Assembly: GCA_050177605.1 (NCBI GenBank)
Contig: JBFXGX010000028.1
Location: 1-22,459 of the forward strand
Source of the DNA: Candidatus Izemoplasmatales bacterium
Lineage (GTDB): Bacteria; Bacillota_I; Bacilli_A; Izemoplasmatales; Hujiaoplasmataceae
DNA: 22,459 nt
Direction: 5' to 3'
The stretch's first letter is position 1. Each line of letters opens with the position of its first letter. The notes under the pieces were generated by a model. That model did no database searches and was not told where the DNA came from. It saw only the letters and a list, made by a program, of their open reading frames with translations. Made by a program: the position numbers and the translations under genes. Positions 1-8,374 of the stretch are shown here, one piece after another.

Positions 1-2
1 TT

Positions 3-1349
3 CAACTTGCCTTGTCAATCGATTATTCAATTTTTATGATTCATCGATATTATGAAGAAAGAGAAACCAAAGAAAAAGTTGAAGCAATCAAATCCTCAGT
101 AAAAAGAAGTTTTCGTCCTATCGCTATCTCTGCCTTAACAACAATTGCTGGTTTTAGTGCACTTGGATTTATGAATTTTCTTATTGGTAAAGATATTGCT
201 ATTGTATTATCCAAAGGCATTTTTTTCAGTTTTTTAGGAACGATGATTATTCTGCCGATTTTACTTTATTGGTTTGATCACATCATTCATAAGTTGAAAC
301 ACAAAATCGTAATGCCAAAACTTGATTTTATGACAAAAATACAAATTAAAAGTCGTTATGTTCTCCTAGTATTATTCGCCATCGTCTTTATTCTTGGCTT
401 TATTTTTCAAACAAAAACAGAATATTTATATGGGTCTTCAAATCTCTCTGATGAAGATACCATCGTAGCGGATGACACGGCATATATCAATCATCTATTT
501 GGCGAAAACAATCAAATTGTGGTTATCGTACCTACAGAGTCATTACAAGAAGAATATGCCCTCATCAGTGAACTTATGAACACAGATCATGTTATTTCAG
601 TGACAGGGCTGTCTACTATGGTTGATCCAAATACGCCTCTTGACTATCTTCCAGGTTCAGTAACAGCCCCATTTATTCAGGGAGGGTACTCGAGAATTAT
701 TATAAATACCGATATCGAATCGGAAAATGAAGAAATGTATTCTTTTAGTGGAAAACTCAAAGAAGTTGTAAGAACACATTACAGCGAATATTATCTGGTC
801 GGTTCAGCAACCTCAGTGACTGATATGCGAGATTCCATCACCAGTCAAGGGTCACTCATTATGGGACTCACGATTCTCTTTGTTGGTTTTATTGTGGGAT
901 TAATCTTTAAATCATGGAAAATTCCGCTGATTCTTCTTTCGGTTATCACGGCAGCTATCTTTATCAGTTTAGGTTATTTAGCGCTGACAGACCAAAAAGT
1001 GCTGTATATTGGTTATATTATCGTTATGAGTATTCAACTTGGCGCGACCATTGACTATGCGGTTTTGCTAACGAACAGGTACTTAGAAGAGCGAGTACAT
1101 AAAAACAAAAAAGAAGCATTGACGATTGCTTTTCAAAAATCATCAATGTCCATCCTCGTATCTGGTTCTATTCTTACAATCGTAGGATTCGTTGAAGCAC
1201 TTTATTCGAATTTGTCTTCGATTACAAGTATTGGCTATATGCTTGGTAGAGGAACCCTGATTTCACTCATAATGATTCTTTCCATTCTACCTCCACTTTT
1301 ATACATTCTTGACCCTTGGATTATCAAGCATCAAAAGCATTTAGAATAA
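3..1349 (+). CDS. MMPL/RND-family membrane transporter, C-terminal part (5'-truncated by window edge)
   Basis: Frame is open from position 3 (CAA CTT GCC TTG). Two MMPL TM-repeat motifs, QLALSIDYSIFMIHRYYEE and QLGATIDYAVLLTNRYLEE, with hydrophobic helices flanking a soluble loop. Confidence 0.88.
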   Translation, partial: QLALSIDYSIFMIHRYYEERETKEKVEAIKSSVKRSFRPIAISALTTIAGFSALGFMNFLIGKDIAIVLSKGIFFSFLGTMIILPILLYWFDHIIHKLKHKIVMPKLDFMTKIQIKSRYVLLVLFAIVFILGFIFQTKTEYLYGSSNLSDEDTIVADDTAYINHLFGENNQIVVIVPTESLQEEYALISELMNTDHVISVTGLSTMVDPNTPLDYLPGSVTAPFIQGGYSRIIINTDIESENEEMYSFSGKLKEVVRTHYSEYYLVGSATSVTDMRDSITSQGSLIMGLTILFVGFIVGLIFKSWKIPLILLSVITAAIFISLGYLALTDQKVLYIGYIIVMSIQLGATIDYAVLLTNRYLEERVHKNKKEALTIAFQKSSMSILVSGSILTIVGFVEALYSNLSSITSIGYMLGRGTLISLIMILSILPPLLYILDPWIIKHQKHLE

Positions 1350-1350
1350 A

Positions 1351-1381
1351 CAAAAAGAGATGAATTGTTCATCTCTTTTGT
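1351..1381. terminator. Bidirectional intrinsic terminator between convergent MMPL and pheA-like genes
   Basis: aaaagagatgaa-ttg-ttcatctctttt hairpin with A/T tracts on both sides. Confidence 0.85.
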
Positions 1382-1944
1382 TATAACGAATACATTTCAA
1401 AGGTTGTTTTATTGTCTTTACGATCTTCCAAATGCTCCTCTAACAAATATAACCCATGGTGCACTCCAGCGCTTTTACGACAAAGTACCGCTGTTGTTGG
1501 TTCAAACAAGTCAATACTTAGTTTCATTGCTGCTGTTGCGGTATCTTCATCTGGGATTAATTCAATACTTGAGTAAAGCATTGTTAAATTCTTTTCACAT
1601 TGAATAAATGCCTGTGAATGTGAAGCAATTGCTTTAATTTTATCTTTGGTGATGGAAGCGTCCTTGACAAATAAATGATGGGTAATCTTTAAAGTAATCT
1701 CATCTACATATTTGACCTTCATATATTTGAGCGATTGAATACTTTCTTTCACCGTTCCACCCGTGTTATTTCTCATTGCGACAACACCGTAATCAATTGT
1801 TTTTGAAACAATATTTTCAATTACATTAAAAGATGATACAAGCGGAATGAGCTTAACATCTTGAAATCCCTGTTTTTTTGCAAGTTCAATTGCTGCTTTC
1901 TCACTATTACTTCCTTTAATTCCTTGATATCCTACTAAAATCAT
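1381..1944 (-). CDS. Prephenate dehydratase-fold protein, catalytic domain only (no ACT domain), divergent motifs
   Basis: GYQGIKGSNSE, DYGVVAM, I.SHSQAFIQC, DTATAA, EDRKDNKTTF follow the PDT domain pattern. RBS gaggtgg upstream of ATG. Confidence 0.78.
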   Translation of the reverse strand: MILVGYQGIKGSNSEKAAIELAKKQGFQDVKLIPLVSSFNVIENIVSKTIDYGVVAMRNNTGGTVKESIQSLKYMKVKYVDEITLKITHHLFVKDASITKDKIKAIASHSQAFIQCEKNLTMLYSSIELIPDEDTATAAMKLSIDLFEPTTAVLCRKSAGVHHGLYLLEEHLEDRKDNKTTFEMYSL

Positions 1945-2012
1945 TTTACCACCTCTTGTCTAGTTCATTTTACATCAAAATGTTCAATTTAAAAAAAGAT
2001 AACGTTTTTATG

Positions 2013-2038
2013 AAAAAAAAGTCCTTGATAAAGGACTT
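2013..2038 (-). terminator. Intrinsic terminator of the pck-thr-alkA operon
   Basis: aagtcctt-gata-aaggactt hairpin followed by a T run on the minus strand, directly after the alkA stop. Confidence 0.8.
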
Positions 2039-2639
2039 ATATTGCGTTATATCTCCATAATGCTAGGGAAACATAAGTTTGGTGTGGTTCCCATTTTTTT
2101 GAAATATTCATCATTTCTTCAAAAGAAAGACTTTGATCATATAGTTTTTGGAGACCACTACGAAGGCCTAAATCGAGTACACTAAAAACGTTTTTTCTTC
2201 CTAGTGAAAAAATTAAAAACATTTCAGCTGTCCATGGACCTATCCCTTTGATTTTTGTTAACATATCAATGATTTCTTGATTTGAAAGAAGTGAAATATC
2301 ATCAAGATGTACTTCTTTCGAATTTACTTTACTTGCTAATGATTTGATATAGTCGACTTTTCGATAAGAAAGGCCAAGTTCTCTTAAAGCTTCAGTGTCT
2401 GCTTGGATAATTTTTTCTGGTGTAACCTCATCTTTAAAAAAAGATAGAACTCGACGATAGATTACATCCGCGACTTTTCCCGAGAGTTGTTGTGAAACAA
2501 TCGCGCCAAGCAAAGAAAGGAAATAATCATTTTGTAGTTTGATTTCAACACTAGGTACAGCATCAAATAACTTCTTTAATTCGTTATCTTGTTCGATTAA
2601 CGAAGTAATTACTTCAGACTCTTTCTGATAACTTAGCAT
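2037..2639 (-). CDS. alkA: DNA-3-methyladenine glycosylase II (AlkA/HhH-GPD family)
   Basis: AIVSQQLS, LRELGLSYRKVDYI, helix-hairpin-helix LTKIKGIGPWTAEMFLIFSLGR, catalytic Asp in VLDLGLR. RBS aggaggt. Confidence 0.88.
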   Translation of the reverse strand: MLSYQKESEVITSLIEQDNELKKLFDAVPSVEIKLQNDYFLSLLGAIVSQQLSGKVADVIYRRVLSFFKDEVTPEKIIQADTEALRELGLSYRKVDYIKSLASKVNSKEVHLDDISLLSNQEIIDMLTKIKGIGPWTAEMFLIFSLGRKNVFSVLDLGLRSGLQKLYDQSLSFEEMMNISKKWEPHQTYVSLALWRYNAI

Positions 2640-2653
2640 TTAGTTACCTCCTA

Positions 2654-3961
2654 TTAATCTCTAAATGACTCGTATATTGTTTGAATCGTTCTTTCAAAAT
2701 CATCATTCTTCACACCGACAACTATATTGATTTCTTGGCTTGATTGAGCAATCATATTGATATTGATTTGTTTTGAACCTAAAAGACCAAATAGTCTTCC
2801 TGCAATGCCAGGGCGAGTAGACATATTACGTCCTACAATACTAATTAATGCCATTTCTTTTTCTGTATCAATGCGTAATACATCTTCGATTTGGTTGATG
2901 GAACTAATCAAACTATAAAACACCTTTTCGACTTGAACTGCTTCACAAATCACGCTAAATGAATCGATTGATGAAGGAATATGTTCTATATTCACATTAA
3001 ATCGTTCGAACACTGATAGTACATCTTGAATGACTTTGATTTTCTTAGATTTATTCGATTTTGTAATGGTGAATACTGTGAAATCTTTTTTTCCAGAAAT
3101 CCCTGTAATAATCGAAGAATCATCAGTACAGTGTGCTTGGATTAAGGTTCCTGGTTCGTCTGGGGCAAATGTATTTTTAATATTAATCGGAATATCGACT
3201 CCTTGAAGTGGCAAAATTGAATCTTCATGGAGGACATTCGCTCCCATATAAGATAACTCTCGTAATTCCTCATATGTAATTTGAAGGATTTGTTTTGGAT
3301 TTTTAACGATTTTTGGATCCGCCATTAATATTCCTGAAACATCAGTCCAGTTTTCATAGACTGAAGCTCCGAGTGCAAATGCAGCAATACTTCCTGTAAG
3401 GTCAGAACCTCCGCGTGAAAGCAACCTTACACTACCACTTGGATAACTTCCATAAAAACCAGGAATAACCATGGGTCCTACTTGATCAAATATCCTTTGG
3501 AATGCTTCTTGCGTTTGGGCATTATTAAGCAGACCATCGTAGTCATATTTGAGTAACTGAATACTATCAACGAAAGCATAGTTTAAAAACTTACTCATAA
3601 GCAATGCGTTAAAGTATTCTCCTCGGCTCACAAGATATTCTTCACTGATATTTTTCGTGAGTTCTTTTTTTAAGGAATCAAATTTTTCTTCAATCCCAAC
3701 ATAGAGTCCTAATTCTTTTTCAATTGTTAAGAAACGTTCCTTAATCAAATCAAAAACAGTTTGATAGGCAACACCGTACTTGATATGAGCATAAAGCAAG
3801 TAAAGCAAATCCGTAATTTTATTATCATATTGGCTCGATTTTCCAGGAGCACTAACGACGATGACTTGTTTTAATTTATCTGCCTCAACAATGGATTTTA
3901 CACGTCTAAAGCTTGAAGCATCGGAGAGTGATGAACCACCAAATTTCGCTACTTTAATCAC
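2654..3961 (-). CDS. lysC: Aspartate kinase with C-terminal ACT domains
   Basis: VAKFGGSSL, VVSAPGK, SRGE, SRGGSDLTG, WTDVSGILMADP; ACT repeat ISIVGRNM. GTG start overlaps the asd stop (GTGA). Confidence 0.93.
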   Translation of the reverse strand: MIKVAKFGGSSLSDASSFRRVKSIVEADKLKQVIVVSAPGKSSQYDNKITDLLYLLYAHIKYGVAYQTVFDLIKERFLTIEKELGLYVGIEEKFDSLKKELTKNISEEYLVSRGEYFNALLMSKFLNYAFVDSIQLLKYDYDGLLNNAQTQEAFQRIFDQVGPMVIPGFYGSYPSGSVRLLSRGGSDLTGSIAAFALGASVYENWTDVSGILMADPKIVKNPKQILQITYEELRELSYMGANVLHEDSILPLQGVDIPINIKNTFAPDEPGTLIQAHCTDDSSIITGISGKKDFTVFTITKSNKSKKIKVIQDVLSVFERFNVNIEHIPSSIDSFSVICEAVQVEKVFYSLISSINQIEDVLRIDTEKEMALISIVGRNMSTRPGIAGRLFGLLGSKQININMIAQSSQEINIVVGVKNDDFERTIQTIYESFRD

Positions 3962-4965
3962 ACTGATCCCACCTTTTCAATTGCTTTTAAGAATATTTGA
4001 ACTGCATTACTAGCAGCGCCTTTTCTCACGTTGTCCGCAACGCAATAAAACAAATAGCTATTGTCTTCAGAAATATCTTCACGTATTCTTCCTACATATA
4101 CTAAGTCATTACCTTCTGCTATAATCGATGTTGGATATTGATGATTCATAGGATCATCAACCAAAACGATTCCTTCAAAGTTCGCTATAACTTGCCTTAT
4201 TTCTTCTACGGATGTTCGTTTTGTTAATCGAACTTTTACGAGAACCCCATGTCCAACTTCAATCGGAACACGAATGCATGTAGCACTGATTTTCAAGTCA
4301 GGTCGGTCTAAAATTTTTCTGGTCTCATTGACCATTTTCATTTCTTCATAGGTATATCCATTTTCTAAGAAACGATCAATTTCTGGAATACATGTCTTAC
4401 TAATATCATAAGGATAAAACGATGGTTTTTCGCCATTTTTAGTCCTATTATAGTCATCAATCCCTTTTTGACCAGAGCCAGAAACAGCTTGATAGGTTGC
4501 ATAATTGACTCGTTCAACATGGAACTGTTGGTCAAGGGCTTTAAGAGGTAACATCGCTTGAATTGTAGAACAGTTTGGGTTTGCGATGATTCCTTCTAAA
4601 GTGATTTTGTCAGGATTAACTTCTGGGACAATTAATGGACAATTCTCATCCATCCTCCACGCACTTGAATTATCGATGACAAGTGCCCCGTGTGAAACAA
4701 ATATAGGAGCCCACATCTTGGAGATACTTCCTCCCGCACTGAACAATGCAACATCGATTCCTTCAAGTGTATCTTCTTTTAATTCTTCGACTTGAACATT
4801 TTTTCCAAGAACCTCAATGATTTTTCCGCTGCTTCTAGCTGAAGCAAACAAACGAACTTCACCAATCGGCAAATGATACTCTTCGATTACTTTAATAAAA
4901 TTTGTACCGACAAGACCTGTCGCTCCAACAATTGCGACACTATATTTTTCTTTTTTAGTTAACAT
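3958..4965 (-). CDS. asd: Aspartate-semialdehyde dehydrogenase
   Basis: VAIVGATGLVG, VIDNSSAWRM, IIANPNCSTIQ (catalytic Cys), TYQAVSGSG, DNVRKGAASNAVQI. Confidence 0.97.
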   Translation of the reverse strand: MLTKKEKYSVAIVGATGLVGTNFIKVIEEYHLPIGEVRLFASARSSGKIIEVLGKNVQVEELKEDTLEGIDVALFSAGGSISKMWAPIFVSHGALVIDNSSAWRMDENCPLIVPEVNPDKITLEGIIANPNCSTIQAMLPLKALDQQFHVERVNYATYQAVSGSGQKGIDDYNRTKNGEKPSFYPYDISKTCIPEIDRFLENGYTYEEMKMVNETRKILDRPDLKISATCIRVPIEVGHGVLVKVRLTKRTSVEEIRQVIANFEGIVLVDDPMNHQYPTSIIAEGNDLVYVGRIREDISEDNSYLFYCVADNVRKGAASNAVQIFLKAIEKVGSV

Positions 4966-6049
4966 TTTTCTTCACCCTCACATAACACTTTGCGTTTGGA
5001 TAAGATGCTTTTAATACTTCTTCGGTTAGATTTTCTTTTTCAAAAATACCTTCTTCAGTTTCAACATAATAATTTGAAATCAAAGAAGATTCCTTAACAT
5101 ATAATTCTTTGTTTGTTTCTTCAAAGTGATAACCCTCATGATCAGTAATTTTTACTAAGTCAAGAAGTACACCACTTGCGGTTTGTCTACCACCAGCGCC
5201 AGAACCAATTAAAATGACTGGTCCTCTTTTCATCGTATTGATATACAATATATTTTTTTCATCATTTACACTAGAAAATAAGATGTCCTTCCCAAATGCG
5301 ACGACTTCTACTTTAAGTACAATTTCATTATTCCTTTTTTCGCTCACAATGATATATCTCATAATCAATTGATGTTTTTTTACATAATCTATCATCTTTT
5401 GTGAAATACTCGATAATGCTTGAATGCTCACTTGATCTTTTGTAAAATAACCATGGTAGGCAATATCGGATAATATCAACATTTTTCTCATCGAATCAAA
5501 ACCATCAAGATCATCCGTTGGATCACTTTCTAAATAACCAAGTTCCATCGCTTCATCGAAAGCTTCCTGAAAAGTATAGCCATCACGAAAGATTTTTGTT
5601 AAACAGTAATTCGTTGACCCATTGACAATACCATGCATCGACGTGATTTCATCACTACGGATTAAATCGTACATTGTTTGAATCACAGGCATCCCAGACA
5701 TAGTTGATCCTTCAAAGAGAAATAAACAATTGTTTTCTTTCGCTAGCTTTTGTAGTTCATAAAAACCTTTCGCTACAGCTGCCTTATTTGATGAAACCAC
5801 ATGTTTTCCTTTGGCTAATGCCCTCTTCATTAAATCAAGTGCGGGTTCCTCATGAGCACTTACTTCAATCAAACAATCAAAATCATGAAGAAATAAATCT
5901 TCTTCATTGAAATAAAAAAGATTCTTGATATCTTCTCTTCTTAATTTTTTAGGATGATGTACTAAAATGGATACAACCTCATGTGTATCTTTCACCATTT
6001 CGTAAAATGCATTTCCAACATGTCCAAATCCAATGAATGCTAACTTCAC
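4955..6049 (-). CDS. hom: Homoserine dehydrogenase (no obvious ACT domain)
   Basis: GFGHVG Rossmann motif, KHVVSSNK, GIVNGSTNY, LGYLESDPTDDLDGFD, GSGAGGRQTASGV. GTG start overlaps the thrB stop. Confidence 0.93.
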   Translation of the reverse strand: MKLAFIGFGHVGNAFYEMVKDTHEVVSILVHHPKKLRREDIKNLFYFNEEDLFLHDFDCLIEVSAHEEPALDLMKRALAKGKHVVSSNKAAVAKGFYELQKLAKENNCLFLFEGSTMSGMPVIQTMYDLIRSDEITSMHGIVNGSTNYCLTKIFRDGYTFQEAFDEAMELGYLESDPTDDLDGFDSMRKMLILSDIAYHGYFTKDQVSIQALSSISQKMIDYVKKHQLIMRYIIVSEKRNNEIVLKVEVVAFGKDILFSSVNDEKNILYINTMKRGPVILIGSGAGGRQTASGVLLDLVKITDHEGYHFEETNKELYVKESSLISNYYVETEEGIFEKENLTEEVLKASYPNAKCYVRVKKNVN

Positions 6050-6924
6050 TTTATAACCTCATTTATTCTTGTGCCTTGTAAGTCAACTTCTACATGAGCG
6101 ATGCGCCAACCATCAAGTTCATGAAGAGAATATAATGAATCCAAATCGTCTTGTTTGGTCATTACACAAAAAAGCGTTGATCCACTACCACTAATCGTGA
6201 GTGGAAATCCGAATTCTTTGCATCTTGCTTGAATCGATTCATACCCAGGAATTAAGAATTTACGATAAGGTACATGAATTTTATCTTCCATCACTTTTGA
6301 GATGAATTCTAAGTTTCCACTCATAAAAGCATCTTTTAAATGAACAGCTCTAGACATCGAAAATACAATTTCAGACTTTGAGTAACTTTGTTTTAATACT
6401 TTTCTTGCTTCTTTGGTTGATACTTGATAATCGGGAATCAAACAAACAAAACGGAGATTGTTATGAGGCCGAACTTTCGATACGTAAACTTCACCATCAT
6501 GAACAAAACTTGTTGTCAAACCACCAAATAGGCTTGCGCTAACATTGTCAGGATGTCCTTCGATTGCATTGCAAATCGCAAGGCATTCTTCTAATGTGTA
6601 AGGTTCACCCAACATTTTATTTGCAGCAACAACCCCTGCGATGATACAACTTGAACTACTGCCTAATCCTCTAGATAAAGGAATCTCATTTCTTACTAAA
6701 GAAATTTTAACTGGAATTACTTCTTTTTGACATTTATCAAATACATATTTATATGCATAATAGACCAAATTCTTATCATTAGAAAAAATAGGTAAAAAGC
6801 CAAAATAAGAGGTTTCTTCGGCTTCTTCAAACTGAAAAACATTATACAGATTTACAGCCATTCCAGCGACATCAAATCCACTACCTAAATTCGTTGTGGA
6901 AGCCGGTACTTGAACTTCAAACAT
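6046..6924 (-). CDS. thrB: Homoserine kinase
   Basis: VPASTTNLGSGFD, GHMP motif IPLSRGLGSSSS, EGHPDNV, ISGSGST. ATG at 6924 preferred over 6933 because the RBS aggtga lies 5 nt upstream. Confidence 0.95.
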   Translation of the reverse strand: MFEVQVPASTTNLGSGFDVAGMAVNLYNVFQFEEAEETSYFGFLPIFSNDKNLVYYAYKYVFDKCQKEVIPVKISLVRNEIPLSRGLGSSSSCIIAGVVAANKMLGEPYTLEECLAICNAIEGHPDNVSASLFGGLTTSFVHDGEVYVSKVRPHNNLRFVCLIPDYQVSTKEARKVLKQSYSKSEIVFSMSRAVHLKDAFMSGNLEFISKVMEDKIHVPYRKFLIPGYESIQARCKEFGFPLTISGSGSTLFCVMTKQDDLDSLYSLHELDGWRIAHVEVDLQGTRINEVIK

Positions 6925-8371
6925 CGATTTCACCTACCAATTTTTTAAGATTTGTTAATGCGTTTTCTTTCGTCCAAAGGACTTTATTTACGGATGTATT
7001 CATATAGTTATAGATTCGTTTATCAATCGATAAATGATACTTTTGATGAAGTAATTTGATTTCATCTTCAAAAGAACCTTGGATCTTTTCCTTCAAGCCA
7101 AGAATCATTGCACTCGTGAACTTGATAGGACTCGCTGTAGAAACAATCACAGCTACTTTTGACTTCATTTGATTTCTTAGTGAGTTTCGAACTTGAATTG
7201 CTACAGCAGTATGAGGGTCTACTAAAACATGATACTTCGTATAGGTAGCCAGGACTGTTTCAAGAACGGTTTGCTCATTAGCCCATCCAGATAAAAAGGT
7301 CGATAATACAGGGTGAGTTAAGTTTTCTAATTGATAGAAACCATCTTCTTTTAGTTTACTCATAAAAAAACGAATCGCTGATTCTTTTTCATCTAGTAGT
7401 TCATAGAGCAATCTTTCTAAATTAGATGAAATTAATATATCCATTGACGGAGAACTCGTTTGGATAAACTTTCTCCTTCGGTCATATATTCCTTCTTTAA
7501 AAAATTCTGTTAACACATGATTATCATTGCTTGCGACAACGAGTTTATCAATTGGTAAACCCATTTTTTTTGCATAATATCCTGCCAAAATATTTCCAAA
7601 ATTCCCAGTAGGTACGACAAAATCGATTTTGTCACCAAAAGAAATTTTGTGACGTTCGACGAGTAACTTATAGGCATAGAAATAATAGACTACTTGTGGA
7701 ATTATCCGAGCAATATTAATCGAGTTTGCGGAAGAAAATTGTGCGTTTTCTAATTCGATTTCTTGGAACCCTTGTTTGATCAGATTTTGACAATCATCAA
7801 AATTTCCTTGAATGGCAATGGTTCTTCTTAATTCGTTAGAAAAGTAATGCATTTGCTTTTCTTGAAATGACGATACTTTTCCTTCTGGATAGAAAATGAT
7901 GATTTCAGTTTCTCTATCTTGCGCAAATCCACTGAGCACTGCACTTCCAGTATCTCCGCTCGTAGCACTTAAGATAATCGTCTTTTTCGTTTCATTTGAC
8001 TTGATCTTCGCAAGTTTTAAAAGAGAAGAAAACATTTGAAGTGCCATATCCTTAAAGGCAAACGTTGGTCCATGAAAAAGTGTTAAAAGATAATCATCTC
8101 CAAGTGGATCTAGTCCAACGATTTTTTCTGGAAACGCATCTTCACTATAGGTTTGACTCACAATCTGTCTTAATTCATCTTCGTTAAAATCGTCCAAAAA
8201 GTATTTTAATACTTCTACTGCTATTTCTTGATATTCTAACTTAGGAAGAACGCCCAAAAACAAAGCTTTTGGCCATGCTGTTTTAACGTATAAGCCACCA
8301 TCTTCGCTGATACCATGGGTAATAGCGTAAGAAGCTGTGACTGTCTCTTTACCTCTTGTAGATTTATACAT
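6917..8371 (-). CDS. thrC: Threonine synthase
   Basis: MYKSTRG, LFHGPTFAFKDMAL (PLP lysine), ATSGDTG, SANSINIAR, VPTGNFGN, SPSMDI, DPHTA. Confidence 0.97.
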   Translation of the reverse strand: MYKSTRGKETVTASYAITHGISEDGGLYVKTAWPKALFLGVLPKLEYQEIAVEVLKYFLDDFNEDELRQIVSQTYSEDAFPEKIVGLDPLGDDYLLTLFHGPTFAFKDMALQMFSSLLKLAKIKSNETKKTIILSATSGDTGSAVLSGFAQDRETEIIIFYPEGKVSSFQEKQMHYFSNELRRTIAIQGNFDDCQNLIKQGFQEIELENAQFSSANSINIARIIPQVVYYFYAYKLLVERHKISFGDKIDFVVPTGNFGNILAGYYAKKMGLPIDKLVVASNDNHVLTEFFKEGIYDRRRKFIQTSSPSMDILISSNLERLLYELLDEKESAIRFFMSKLKEDGFYQLENLTHPVLSTFLSGWANEQTVLETVLATYTKYHVLVDPHTAVAIQVRNSLRNQMKSKVAVIVSTASPIKFTSAMILGLKEKIQGSFEDEIKLLHQKYHLSIDKRIYNYMNTSVNKVLWTKENALTNLKKLVGEIDV

Positions 8372-8374
8372 TCC

